From Eledone cirrhosa (lineage: Eukaryota): 64,000 nt of DNA. The stretch lies in contig OZ024741.1 of assembly GCA_964016885.1 (NCBI GenBank), forward strand, positions 54,250,001-54,314,000, in the 5' to 3' direction. Positions 43,956 to 57,475 of the stretch are shown here, in pieces. The notes under the pieces were generated by a model, which saw nothing but the letters and a program-made list of their open reading frames with translations, did not search any database and was not told the origin of the DNA. Position 1 is the first letter of the stretch, and each line of letters starts with the position of its first letter. The position numbers were made by a program, and so were the translations under genes.

Positions 43956-46900
43956 CTATAGTCTGATGTAGAGTGAAGGCCCATTCACACGGGCCATTCT
44001 CGCCACTTTCACCCATCTTTCATAGAAACGGCTGGGGTGCAACACCTCTCTCTCCATCCTGATCCTTCTTCCGAAATGATATCGGAAGAAACGGACCAGT
44101 TGTTGGCCAGAGAGAAAGGTGTCTGACCTCAGTCCTTTCAGACGCGTCCACCATACAACCTCTTTCGCCATGGCTATTACGCACAGAAACACCGCCTCTC
44201 CTTCGTTTTTGAAGAGGGGAGGCGGCTTGATCGTTACAATAGACTCGGTGGTCAACCGGATTGGTCCCACCCTTGACAGCAGTTGTTCGACATAAACCCA
44301 CAGATCGGCAATGCCCGAGCAGTGTACCAATGCGTGTGCAACGGTTTCCTCGTCGCACACGCATCTGGGACAGATCTGTTTCGATGGGTCCCTACCCGGG
44401 CGCCCGTGTCTGTAGAGCCTTTCTCGAATGGGCAGAGCCCTTCTGTAGCATTGCCAGGCCAGGGACCTCTGGAAGTTATCCATGGGTCCCGGGCTGAATG
44501 TCCTACCGAACAGGTTGGCCAGTTCGTCTACCTCCATGCCTAGGGCTTCTTCGAGGGCGTCGTCGCACCTGCTAACCACCAGCCCTCTATAGAATGACGA
44601 AGTGGATTCTCCACTGACAGCCGGGTCCGCCTGCTAGAGAGCCGTGAGTGCCTGGGCACACTCGGTGTGCCAGGCGCCCAGTTTTCTCGGTCTTTGCTTG
44701 ACCCAGGATTGCAGCTCGGTGAGTGAGACGAGTCTGGGAAAGGCTCGCCTCACAAACGGGGCCCACACCGGTTGACCGGAGAGGAATACCTGAAGGTGCC
44801 GTAGCCTTAATGCGTGTTTACGTATCATTAGCCACGGCATCCCCAGCCCTCCTGTCGAAGGGTGTTGACAGCAGATGGATCTCCTCACCATAGGAGCCCG
44901 CTTCTTCCAAAGGAATTGGAAGAGTGCGCGCTCCATTTTGGCGAGCGTTTCCCTTGGGCAAAGCACAACGGTCAGGCGGTAGTAGATGACGGACGCTATA
45001 TAAGTGTTCGCCACCTCCGCCCGTCCTTTCAGGGACAGTTTGCACTCGGCCCACTTCCAGGTCAGTGCAAACACCCTGTTCGTCACCTCACCACAGTTCT
45101 TCTCCACCTGGAGGTCTGGTCCGAACCAGACCCCGAGCAACTTCACCGGGCCCTCCGTCCAGCGCCCGACGACGCCATCGGAGGGCATCGATCTGCCCCT
45201 CCACGTGCCGAGTTGCAGACCGATCGACTTGTCCCGGTTCAGCTTAGCCCCTGTAAACCTTTCGTACTCCTCCAGTAAGGTGCCGATCGCCCTGATTTCC
45301 GAGGCCGTCGACACCATTACTGTTACGTCATCGGCGTAGGCTGACACCGCTTTCCGCAATCCCGGTTCCAACGGGATGCCCTGCAACAACTCCAACTTCC
45401 GCAGCAGTGGCTCTAGAGTCATTACATACAGAAGGGAGGAGAGAGGGCACCCCTGTCGGATGGACCGCGCGATTTCGAACGGCTCCGAGAGGTAGCCGTT
45501 CACCTTGACCCTAGAGCAGATGCGGCTGCTGTGCATGGCATTGATCCAGCCCCTGAAAACGGGTCCGAAGCCTGCCGCCGCCTGCACCGCATCCAGGTAA
45601 CCATGGTCGACCCTATCGAATGCCTTAGATTGATCCAAGTTGATCAGGGCCCCACCAAAGCCGGGTTCGTTCCCAACCCTCTCTATGATGTATCGCATGA
45701 GGTGGAGGTTATCGTGGATGGACCTGGACGGGATAGCACATGTCTGCGCATCTCCCACCAGGTTGCCCACGACAAGCGCCAACCTCTTTGCTAGCACCTT
45801 GGCCAAAATCTGTAACTCTGTATTTAGCAGAGTTATGGGCCTGAAATTATTTATACTATCCCCCTTGTTCTCGTCCTTCCTCACTAGCGTGACTACGCCC
45901 TTGGTCACAGCACAGGGAATTCTCCCGTTCTGTCGCCAGTTGCAGTAGACCGCCTCGAGGAGTTCGGGGAACAAGTCCGGCATAGTTAGATATAGTTCGT
46001 ATGGAAGACCATCGAGACCCGGGGATTTGCGTTTGCCGCATTGGCTCAGCACGTCCTCTATCTAAGCGGCTGAAATCGGCTCCTCGCAGGACTTCGCCTC
46101 CCTGTCCGAGAGACGCGGCAGGCCGTCGAGGTATGGACCGAAGTCCACGTCCCCAACCGGCCCCCCGCCCCTTCCGAACAATCCGGCAAAGTGCTTTTGA
46201 AAAGCCTCGCACATCTGCTTAGGTTCAAGGATCACCCGTCCATCCTGGTCTCGCAAAGACCGGATAGTGGATCTGCTCCCTCTTTTGGCTTCTGTCACGC
46301 GGGCCCAGCTAACAGCTTTGGTCCCCTCGTTTCTCAGAGCACGTATTTTGCTTCGGACGATGCAGCCTTCGTGTTTCGCGTCGAAGAACTGGCCCAGGGC
46401 CGTTCTCGACGCTAGCACTCTGGCCACGTCGCCGCTTCTAATTGCCTCTTCTACACTATCTACCAACTCCCTTTCCTTCCTATTTCTATTTGAGGCTAAC
46501 TCCTTACTAAATTCTATAGAGACTACTCTAATCTCTCTTTTGAGAGATCCCCACCACCTGCTGTTGACGATGGCGCCCGTCAACCGCTCCTTAACTAAAG
46601 TGCTAATCCGGTTCCTGTAAGCCTTACTTGCCGGTAAGGACAAGTTGAGCTTCCAGTAACCGGGTCCCTGTCTATGAGTTCTGTCAAGGTTGACCATGCA
46701 GGTCACTAATTTGTGGTCTGAATAGCCAACCATGCGCATTTTTGGGCAACTTAAAAAGTCCTTATCCTTAATTCTAACTAAGAACCTATCTAGGTACAAC
46801 CTAGATGATCCGCTACGATTTGCCCAAGTCCAGGTTGGCGCAGTCGGAAAATCTAGTCGATATCTATCGGCCAGGTCAAATCGACCGATTAACCCTTTGA

Positions 46901-47393
46901 GGCTATTACACCCCTCTCTATCGGGGCAGGCCCCTACGTAGTCCCAGCGTGCATCTAGGATACCATTCCAGTCCCTCACTAATAGCAAGGAGCGGGACGT
47001 CCCTAGAAAAGTCTCCAGACGATGGAAGAAGTCCGGCCGCATTGACCCGAAAGGACCGTAGGCGGCTACCAACCTAAACGCTCCGCCTTTACAACTGCCA
47101 AGGTCCAGAACCACTAGTCGACCCTCCGGGTCCAAATGTACCATCTGTGTTGCGAGACCCAGATGTTTTTGCAGCAGAACGACAACTCCACCCCCACCTC
47201 CGGGCTGACAGAGAGATGCGTGCATCTCAAAGTCATCAAAGGTGGGGGCCAGCTGTCGCACGTTGCTGATCCGGGCCTCGCAAATAACCATCACATCTAT
47301 ACGTTGTGACCTGAGGTCATTTAGAAGCATTGCTTGCTTCCAAGTTGAGCCCAGGCCACGCGCATTTAAACAGCATACTCTTAGCATAGCCAT
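43956..47393 (-). pseudogene. E1 ORF2 (AP endonuclease + reverse transcriptase + C-terminal Zn finger), two in-frame stops
   Basis: LNARGL, DWN, YLDRF, SDHK, GPGYWKLN, KSPGLDG, FRPITLLN, DQSKAFDRV, QGCPLS, YADD, CPRC..H. Stops at 46062-46064 and 44634-44636; all three ORF pieces share one frame. Confidence 0.93.
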
Positions 47394-47417
47394 GTTGGTG
47401 GTGAAGAGAAAAGGCAC

Positions 47418-49218
47418 TTACCTTTCTGCGTCCCGGGTATCGGGCTGCACAATTTCCATTAGGGTGGGGGATGGGTTGTTGGGTGGGGTGGTGGTTTGTG
47501 GAAGTGTAGGGGCATCAGTGTGTTGTGTGGTTGGGGAGCTTGGAGTTGTGTGGGTGTTTGGGGAGGGGGTGGGGTAGTTTTTTAGGAGGACGCGGTTAAT
47601 GGGCCCGACGCAGGGGGGACCCACGTCCTCTTTAAAATTGTTTTTTAAAGTTTTATAGGTGTCCTGTGGGGCCTTAATCATTTTGAGGTGGGGGAAATCC
47701 CCTGCCTGGGTGAAGTTAGGCCCTTGTGTTTTTATTAAATTGTTGTTGTACACAATGTTTAACAGTTTTTTGTTTCTTGTGTTTATGTATGTGTATGCAT
47801 GTTTTTGTTTTTGTGTGGTGTTTTTTGTTTGCTGTTGTTGTGAGCTCTTTTGTGTTGGTGTCAGTGTCATGTTTTGGGGAGAGGTTGTTTTCATTTGTGT
47901 GTCTGAGGTGTGTTTTCTTTTTTTTCTTTTGATTGTGTGGAAGTGCTCCTCCTCGTCTGACGACGAACTAGGGTCATCTTCCGCGTTGGAGGGGAGGGGT
48001 ATATTTTCGGGTTGCGTTTGCGGTGCGGGTGTTTTGGAAATTGTTTTTCTTTTTTGAGTGGAGGGGATGGGTTGGACATTGTTTTGTTTTGGTTTGAGCT
48101 GTGGTGGTTGTTTTTGTAGTGGTAGTTGTGGTGATTGTGTTGGTTGTGCAGTTGTTGGTGGTGTAGGCAGGATTGGGGTTTTCTTATTAAGTTGGGGACA
48201 GACAGCCCTCAGGTGACCTCTGGTTCCGCAGAGGTAACACGAGGGCCGTCTACCTTCAACGGTAATGTTGATGAAGGATAGATCATCCAGTATGACGCGT
48301 TCAGGGATCTGGGCGATCCTTTCGGGCCTCATTTGAACTACAAGTTCGAGGCTCGTTCCACTGAACGCGTCACCCGATGCCTTTCCCATGGACACCAGCA
48401 TGTCATCCTCCAGGTCCAGGAAACCTGTCAAAACCCACCATATGTCCATAATCGGCAGGATGGTGTGGATTTTTATTTTTTGTGTTCTTCTACCCATGTA
48501 CGTAGGGTAGAAGGTGTATGCGGTGGATGTGATTGGTTTGATGGACAGTTTCACTGCTGTGTCCCTGTCCTTCATGAGAATGGATAGACTCCCGTAGAGT
48601 CTATCCTTCTGAATGAAGGTGATGTCCTTCATGACGTCTTTTAAAACCAGCTCCATCTCACTCTGTGATGGTTGAGCTGGCTTTTTACTTTTGTTCGAGA
48701 TTGTCCTAAACATGACCGTGTTTAGGAGTCTCTGGCTTTTTAGTTCGGGGGGGGGGGGGGGGGGGGATTGTGAATGAACCATTTTCTCCGTACACTATAT
48801 ATTTTTTCGCATCTGCCAGTAGCTCCTTCGCTTTGGTTATATCTACTGGCAGATAGTCGAAGGTTTTCCTTGTCGTCTCGGCGAAGGAGAAATTTTGTTT
48901 GTTTGTGTTGTTGTTGTCGTTGGTGGTGTTTTTGTTATCATTGTTGTTGTTGTCACCGTTATTGGTCTTGTTGTTGTTGTTATTGTTATTGGTGTTGTTT
49001 TCGTCCGTCGCATTGTTGTTGTTGTTGCTGTTGCTGGTGCCGCTGGTTCTTTGGGTTGTTGCCATGGAAACGTCAAGTTGTCGGTTAACAGGTGGAGAGA
49101 ATTCTTCCTCAAGCTGACCTTTCTTCTTGACCTCTGCTACTGTGACAGTGGCAGGGGGAAGCTGTAAGTTTATCTTCCCCTTTCCTCCTTCGAATTTTGG
49201 TGAAGAAGCTTCGGCCAT
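47418..49218 (-). CDS. E1 ORF1 (gag-like; Asn-rich N-terminus, CCHC knuckle); apparent frameshift in a long G run
   Basis: CYLCGTRGHLRAVC. ORFs 48706-49218 and 47418-48782 join at the G homopolymer ~48747-48766 by homology with E4 ORF1. Confidence 0.85.
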
Positions 49219-49688
49219 TTAAAAAAAATATTGACTTTTCAACAAGAAAAAAACTTTTTTTTTTGGTTTAACTATTTCGCCTAAAGGCGTAGAATATTTT
49301 GAGAGACTGACCAGATCAAAGTTTGACCTGGCAGTCCCTCTACAAAATGGTACAAAAATTAAAGTTAACAGACAAGAATTTCTATAGAAATTTAAACAGA
49401 ACTTACTCAGCAAGTTATACGCGTGTGTCCATCCCAGAGATATAGATAGATAGATTTCTTTATTAGCCACAAGGGCGCAACAAGAAAGGGGACAATACAA
49501 AGACATGCCGGGGATTTTACATACAGTCGTGTAAAAAATATAAAAACAAACAATTTCAACAATCGAAATCCCCAATAGGGGGGAGGCGCCACAAATGGGT
49601 TGTTTAATACCCCGTCGATAGAACAACCTTCAACTCAAGGAGCGTGTTGTGCAAGTGCTCCTTTCTTCCTGTTGCTCTCTTCCTCAAC

Positions 49689-52600
49689 CTACAGGCTTAT
49701 AAACAGAGAAGGCCCAATCACTCGGGCCATTTTCGCTTCATTCACCCACCTTTCAGTAAATTTACTGGGGTGCAGTGCCTCTCTCTCCACCCTGATTCTC
49801 CTTCTAAAGTGATACTTAAAGAATGGAATCAATTGTTGTCCGGAGAGAAAGGCATCTGTCCTCAGTCCTCTCAACCTCGTCCACCATATAACTTCTTTCA
49901 CCATAGCCACCGTACAGAGGAAAACCGCCTCTCTTTCGTTTTTGAAAGAGTCTGGCGGTTTGATCCTTACTATGGACTCGGCAGTCAACTGGATTTGTCC
50001 CATACGCGACAGCAGTTGTTCTGCATAGTTCCACAGGTCGCTTACGCCCGGGCAGTGTACAATTGCGTGCAGAACTGTTTCAATGTCCTGCGCACATCTT
50101 GGACACGTCCTCTTGGAAGGATCCCTGCCAGGGCGTCCGTGCCTGTAGATCTTGTCACGAACCGGTAGAGCTCCTCGGTAGCACTGCCAGGCCAGGGACC
50201 TCTGGAAGTTGTCCATAGGTCCCGGGCGGAAAGTCCTACCAAACATACTGGTGAGCTCATCGTCTTCGACGCCCAGAGTCTCTCCGAGCACGTCGTCGCC
50301 CTTGTAACGTACAATCCCTCTATAGAATGTCGAAGTGGAGTCTCCACTGATTGCTGCGCCCGCTTGCCAGAGGACTGTGAGCGCCTGAGCGCATTCAATG
50401 TGCCAGGCGCCCATCGTTTTCGGTCTTTTCTTCACCCAGGACTGCAGCTCCGTTAGCGAGACGAGCTGTGGGAAAGCCTGTCTCACAAACGGTGCCCACA
50501 CCGGTTGGGGGTCGGTGAGGAATACCTGGAGATGCCGCAGCCTCAGCGCATGTTTGCGCATCATCAGCCACGGCATTCCCAGCCCTCTGTTGGAAGGGTG
50601 CTGACAGCAGACGGATCTCCTCACCAGCGGAGCCTGCTTCTTCCACAGAAACTGGAAGAGCATGCGTTCCATCTTGGCGAGGTGTTCACGGGGACAAGGC
50701 ACGACAGTCAAGCGGTAGTAGATGACGGACGCTATGAAAGTGTTCGCCACCTCCGCTCGACCTTTCAAGGACAGTTTGCACTCTGCCCACTTCTGAGTGA
50801 GTGCAAACACCTTGGCCGTGACCTCGTTCCAGTTTTTCTCCACCTGGAGGTCTGGACCGAACCAGACCCCGAGCAATTTCACCGGTCCGTCCGTCCAGCG
50901 TCCAACGACGCTGTCGGATGTCATCGGTTTGCCTCTCCACGTACCGAGTTGCAAACCGACAGACTTGTCTGGGTTTAGTTTTGCTCCCGTCAGCGTTTCG
51001 TATTCTTTCAGTATGTTGCCGATCACCCCGATTTCCGAGGTGCTCGACACCATTACTGTCACGTCGTCGGCATAAGCCGACGCCGCTTTGCGCAGTCCCG
51101 TTTCTAGGGGGATGCCCTGCAACAGCTCCAATTTCCGCAGTAGTGGCTCTAGAGTCAATACATACAGAATGGAGGAGAGAGGGCATCCCTGTCGAATGGA
51201 ACGCGTGATTGCGAACGGCTCCGATAGGTAGCCGTTCACCTTGACCCTCGAGCACATGCTGGTGTGCATCGCCTCGATCCATCCTCTGAACACGGGACCG
51301 AAACCGGCCGCCTTGAGAACCGCTTCCAAGTATCGATGGTCGACCCTATCGAATGCCTTAGACTGATCCAAGTTGATCAGAGCCCCACCGAAGCCGGGTT
51401 TACTACCCACCCTCTCTATGATGTATCGCATGAGGTGGAGGTTGTCGTGTATGGACCTGGTCGGGATTGCACACGTTTACGCTTTCCCTACCAGGTTCTC
51501 GACGACAAGCGCCAACCTCGTCGCTAGCACCTTGGCCAAAATCTTTAACTCTGTGTTGAGCAGAGTTATGGGCCTGAAGTTGTTAATTTCGTCCCCCTTG
51601 TTCTCGTCTTTCCTGATCAGCGTTACTACGCCCTTGCCTGCAGAACTGGGAATTCTCCCGTTCTGCTGCCAATTGCAGTAGACGGCTTCGAGGACGCCAG
51701 AGAACAAGTCCGGCATGCCTATGTAAAATTCGTAGGGTAGACCATCTAGACCGGGTGACTTGCGTTTCCCGCAGCGGCCCAGAGCGTCCCGTATCTCAGT
51801 GTCCGTGATCGGTCTTTCGCAGAACTCGGCGTCCGTGTTCGAGAGACGCGGCAGGCCGTCGAGGTATGAACTAAAGTCCATTGCCCCGTTCGGCTCACCG
51901 TCGTTCTGCTCAAACAGTCGCGCAAAGTGCCGCTGAAAGGCCGCGCACATTTGCTTGGGGTCAAGTAGCACGCGTCCGTTTTGGTCTTTCAAAGACCGAA
52001 TCGTGGACTTGTTGCCACTTTTTGCCTCCGCCACTCGGGCCCAGCTGACAGCTTTCGCTCCTTCGTTTCCTAGAGCACGTGTTTTGCTTCTGACCACGCA
52101 GCCTTCGTGTTTCGCATCGAAGAACTGGTCCAGTGCCGTTCTCGACGCTAACACTCTAGCCGCGTTGCCACTTCTAAGTGCCTCCTCTACCTTGGCTACT
52201 AGTTCTCTTTCTATTCTGTTTTTCTCTAAGGCTAACTCTCTGCTATACCCTATCGATTCTATTCTAATTGCTTTCTTGAGAGAGTACCACCATCTATTGC
52301 TGACGATGGCTCCCGTTAACTGTTGCTTGACTAGTTTACTTATCCGTTCACTGTAAGCTTTACGTGCCGGCAACGACACGTTCAGCTTCCAGTATCCGGG
52401 ACCCTGTCTATGTATTCTATCACGGTTGACTAAGCAGACGACTAACTTGTGATCTGAATAGGCAACCATGTGCATTCGTGGACAGCTTAACATATCCTTG
52501 TCCCTTTCTCTAATGAAGAACCTATCTAAATACGATCTAGATGTCCCACTGCGGTTTACCCACGTCCACTGTGGTGCAGTCGGGAAATCCAGTCGATACC

Positions 52601-53135
52601 TATCGGCCAGTTGGAATTGGCCGATTAAAGTTTTGAGGCTGTTGCACCCCGCTCTACTGGGACATGCTCCCACATAGTCCCATCGTGCATCTAGGATACC
52701 ATTCCAGTCCTCCACTAAAAGTAAGGAGCGAGACGTTCCCAGAAAAGACTCTAGACGCTTAAAGAAGTCTGGCCGTGATTGCGATTGCCCGGTCGGGGCA
52801 TAAACGGCCACCAGTCTGAAGGCTCCACCTCCGATACTGTTCACGTCTAGGACTACCAGTCTACCCTCCGGGTCCAAGTGTACTTGCTGTACTCCGACGT
52901 CCAGGTTCTTCCGAAACATAACAGCCACTCCACCTCCACCTCCTGGCTGACAGAGAGATGCGTAGATCTCAAAGTCGTCGAAGATGGGGGTTAGTTGCTG
53001 CCTGTTGTGGATTCTGGACTCGGTGATGGCTATCACATCCATACTGTGTGACCTAAGGTCGTTTAAAAGTTGGCCCTGTTTCCAGGGCATCCCTAGGCCA
53101 CGCACATTCACGGTTCCAACTCGTAAACCAGCCAT
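49689..53135 (-). pseudogene. E2 ORF2 (APE + RT + Zn finger), one in-frame stop
   Basis: ORFs 51477-53135 and 49689-51431 are in one frame, split by TAA at 51477-51479; all RT motifs including YADD. Confidence 0.93.
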
Positions 53136-53176
53136 GTTGGTGAAGAAAAGTTGGAGAAAAAGGACGAAAGGTGCAC

Positions 53177-54680
53177 TTACCTTTTCGTTTCCTGGAGATC
53201 GGGTTGTTCAATCTCCATTTGGGTGCTGGATGGGGTGTTGGGTGGGGTGGGGAAACCTGTCAACAGGACGCGGTTGATGGGTTTGTGGCAGGGGTTGCCC
53301 ACGTCCTGTGAAAATTTAATTTTCAGGTCTTTATAGGTTTCCATAGAAACCCTTATAAGTTTAAGGTGTGGAGACGATTCTGCCTTGACGAAAGTTTTGC
53401 CCTCCGTCTCCACCTTGGGGTTTTGGGAGATGACCTCCATCAAACTCTTGTTGTTTGTGTTGATGTATGCGTATTGTTGTTTGTGTTTTTATTGTATTGT
53501 TTTAGTTTGTTGTTCATCCGGGAGTTTTCTTTTTATGGTGGGTGCTTGTGTTTGGGGTGGTGTTGGTGCTGGTTTTGCTGATAGGGGGATGTTTGACTGT
53601 GGTGTTGTTTGTGTTGTTGTTTGTGTCTGTGGTTGTGTGTTGGTGTTGGTGATTGGAGTTTTGGGGGTTTTGTGGTGTCTCTTTTTTTGTTTTTTGGATT
53701 TCCGCGGTTCTCCCTCTTCTTCACTTAAAGAAGGAGAAGCAGCTTCATCCGTCGATGAATAATCATCGTCACGTGTGTGGGGTAAGGGTATGTTGTGTGG
53801 TGGTGGTGGTGTTTCGGTATGTGTGTTTGTGGTAGTGTTTGATGGAGTGGGATGGAGTGGGGATGTGTTCTTCAGGGGTGTTGTCTCTGTTTTTTCTGTT
53901 GTTGTTGGTTGAGTGTCTGTTTGTTTTGGTGTGGTTGCTCGTTTCGTCTGTCGTTGTACTTGTGGTGGTGGTGGTGGTTGTTTTGGTGTTGGTGTTGGTA
54001 ATAGCGTTTTTTTTATGATGTTGCTGTTGTGTGTTTGTGGACAAGAGGCTTTTAGGTGAGATGTGCTACCACAGCGAAAGCAGTGAAATTTTCTTCCCTC
54101 TACCGAAATGTTTATTTTGTTGTTATTATCAATAACGACTCTTTCGGGTATTTTGGAGATTCTCTCCGGTTTCATTTGCAACAGAATCTCCAAATCGGTG
54201 CCCGCCCACCTTTGTCGAATGGATTTTCGTATCGAAAGTATTATGTCTGTTTCTGGCTCTACGAAGCCAGCCAAGATCCACCAGATGTTAATGCTTGGAG
54301 GTATGTTTTTATTTTTATTTTTTGTGTCCTTTTCCCCATGTATGTAGGGAAAAAGGTGTATGCTATTGACACTATTGGTGTCACAGAGTTTTTTTGGGTC
54401 AGTGCCTCGCTTTTAAACAGTACGGAAACACTTCCGTACTGTTTTCCTCGCTGGAGAAAATCGACATTTCCTAGAATCTCCTTGAAAGAATCTTCTATAT
54501 CTGACTGATTAACAAATGTCGGTTTTCTTGACGAATTTGACACAGTCCTAAAAGTGATGCATCGACGATTGTCCTCCTTGCTTCTGCTGGACACCACCAA
54601 GTGGCGATAGCTGCCGGTGTTTTTGCATAGCTACGGTTTTCTAAATGTTTATTTATAAAAATACCATATTTCTTTAGAAA
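53177..54680 (-). pseudogene. E2 ORF1, fragmented
   Basis: ITFRTVSN..FFPTYMGKRTQKI, CFRCGSTSHLKASC and PINRVLL spread across ORFs 54259-54600, 53489-54274 and 53177-53443. Confidence 0.85.
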
Positions 54681-54719
54681 TACGAAATTCCAATACATAT
54701 ACATATATATATATATATC

Positions 54720-57475
54720 AAGGGGGGGGGTACATACATTTCAAAGGATGTGTAAAAACATATGACAAATCAAATTCAACAATCGAAGTCCTCAATAGGG
54801 AGGGGGCGTTGACGTGGGTCGCACACACCCCCGAAAAAATATGCAACCCTCCTCCTCAGGAACACAAAGAGCGGGTGCCTCCTTCCTCCTTCTTCTCCTC
54901 TCTCACCTACAGGCTGATATAGAGAGAAGGCCCATTCACACGGGCCATTCTCGCCACTTTCACCCACCTTTCATAAAACTTGCTGGGGTAGAGCACCTCT
55001 CTCTCCATTCTGATCCTTCTTCTAAAATGGTACTTGAAAAAAAGGACCAGTTGTTGGCCGGAGAGAAAGGTGTCTGACCTCAGTCCTTTCAACCTCGTCC
55101 ACCATACAACCTCTTTCGCCATAGCTATCACACAGAGGAAAACCGCCTCTCCTTCGTTTTTGAAGGGGGGGGGGGGTTGATCGTGACAATGTACTCGGTG
55201 GTCAACCGGATTGGTCCCACCCGCGACAGTAGTCGTTCCACATAGCCCCACATGTCAGCAACGCCCGAGCAGTGTACGAATGCGTGCGCGATGGTTTCCT
55301 CGTCACGCACGCATCTCGGACAGATCTTCTTCGAGGGGCCCCTACCCGGGCGCCCGTGTCTGTAGAGCTTGTCCCGAACGGGTAGAGCTCCTCGGTAGCA
55401 CTGCCAAGCCAGAGACTTTTGGAAGATGTCCATCGGTCCCGGGCCAAACCTCCTACCGAACAGACTGGCTAGCTCGTCTTCCTCCATGCCCAGAGCCTCT
55501 CCGAGAGCGTCTTCGCACTTGCTGAGCACCAATCCTCTATAGAATGTTGAGGTTGAGTCTCCACTGATTGCCGGATCCGCTTGCCAGAGGGCCGAGAGCG
55601 CCTGGGCACATTCAATGTGCCAGTCGCCCACTTTTCTCGGTCTTTGCTTGACCCAGGATTTTGCACTCGCTGAGTGAGACGAGTCTCGGAAAGGCTCGTC
55701 TCACAAAAGGGGCCCACACCGGCTGACCGGTGAGGAATACCTGCAGGTGCCGTAGCCTTAATGCGTGTCTACGCATCGTCAGCCACGGCATACTCAGCCC
55801 TCCGTTCGAAGGGTGTTGACAGCAGATGGATCTTCTCACCAAAGGGGCCCGCTTCTTCCAAAGGAATCGGAAGAGCGCGCGCTCCATTTTGGCGAGCGTT
55901 TTCGCTGGGCAAGGCACGACGGTCAAGCGGTAGTAGATGACGGACGCTATATAAGTGTTCGCCACCTCCGCTCAACCTTTCAGAGATAGTTTGCACTCGG
56001 CCCACTTCTGGGTGATTGCAAACACCCTGCCCGTTACCTCGTCCCAGTTTTTCTCCACCTGGAGGTCCGGTCCGAACCAGACCCCGAGCAGCTTCACCGG
56101 TCCCTCCGTCCAGCGTCCGACGACGCCGTCGGAGGGCATCGGTTTGCCTCTCCACGTTCCGAGTTGCAAACCGACGGACTTGTCCCGGTTCAGCTTGGTT
56201 CCTGTAAACCTTTCGTATTCCTCCAGTAAGGTGCCGATCTGCCCAATTTCCGAGGCGCACGACACCATTACTGTCACGTCATCGGTGTAGGACGACACCG
56301 CTTTCCGCAATCCCGGTTCCAAGGGGATTCTATGCAACAGCTCCAACTTCCGCAGTAGTGGCTCGAGAGCCAGCACATACAGAAGGGAGGAGAGAGGGCA
56401 TCCCTGTCGGATGGATCGCGCGATTTGGAACGGCTCCGAGAGGTAGCCGTTCACCTTGACCCTCGAGCAGGTGTTGCTGCTGTGCATTGCAGCAATTCAG
56501 CCCTGAAAACGGGTCCGAAGCCTGCCGCCGCGAGCACCGCATCCAGGTACCGATGGTCAACCCTATCGAACACCTTAGATTGATCCAGGTTGATCAGGGC
56601 CCCACCAAAGCCGGGTTCGTTCCCTACCCCTGCTACGATGTATCGCATGGGGTGGAGGTTGTCGTGTATGGACCTGGACGGTATTGCGCATGTCTGCGCT
56701 TCTCCCATCAGGTTCCCGACGACAAGCGCCAACCTCTTCGCTAACACCTTGGACAAAATCTTTAACTCTGTGTTTAGCAGAGTTATGGGCCTGAAGTTAT
56801 CTATGTCATCCCCCTTGTTCTCGTCCTTCCTCACCAGCGTGACTACGCCCTTGGTCACAGAATTGGGAATTCTCCCGTTCTGCTGCAAGTTGCAGTAGAC
56901 CGCCTCGAGGAGATCGGAGAACAAGTCCGGCATCGCTACATAAAGTTCGTATGGTAGACCATCGAGACCGGGAGATATGCGTTTGCCGCATTGGCTCAGC
57001 GCTTCCCCTATTTCAGCGGCTGAAATCGGCCTTTCGCAGGACTTCGCCTCCCCGTCCGAGAGCCGCGGCAGACCGTCGAGGTATGGCCAGAAAGCCATGG
57101 CCTCAACAGCCCCCCCCCCCCGAACAGTCGTGCAAAGCGCCGTTGAAAGGCCGCGCGCATCCACTCAGGTTCAGGGATCACGCGTCCATCCTGGTCCTTC
57201 AAAGACCGAATCGTGGACATGTTTCCATTTTTGCTGCTACCTTCTCTTTATCATTTTCCTTGGGGGGCGTGGCATGTGTCGTATTAATGGCATCCATTGT
57301 CACTAAACGACTTTTTATCGACAACTTTTAACTAATAAATTTCGCCCCAAAATGGGGCGGAATTTATTTTACCCAACGTCTGCAGGCCCAGGCGAGGGGT
57401 TAAACACAACAAATAACAAGTTACTTAAACAAACCTACGGTTTCTCGTAATAAATTCCGACAAAATGCAGGATGG
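54720..57475 (-). mobile_element. Tx1-clade LINE copy E3, internally deleted: 5' UTR and ~20 ORF1 codons fused to the RT half of ORF2; multiple frameshifts
   Basis: 5' UTR twin hairpins at 57339-57404, ATG at 57297 (MDAINTTH..), jump at ~57240 to STIRSLKDQDGRV, RT motifs (YTDD), stop at 54907-54909. Confidence 0.88.

Larger units (their letters stand above)
43675..49438 (-). mobile_element. Tx1-clade LINE copy E1, full length (~5.75 kb), inactivated
   Basis: 5' UTR, ORF1 with CCHC knuckle, ORF2 with APE-RT-Zn finger, 3' UTR, AATAAA (43698-43703) and (TATC)n. Confidence 0.93.
49439..54690 (-). mobile_element. Tx1-clade LINE copy E2, lacking 5' UTR and ORF1 start
   Basis: (TATC)n at 49439-49455, AATAAA at 49459-49464, ORF2 and a broken ORF1. 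Confidence 0.92.

Noticed and set aside
48747-48766. Programmed frameshift in E1 ORF1 at the G run
   Set aside because: E4 has no such run and reads through this region; homopolymer slippage or sequencing error is more likely.
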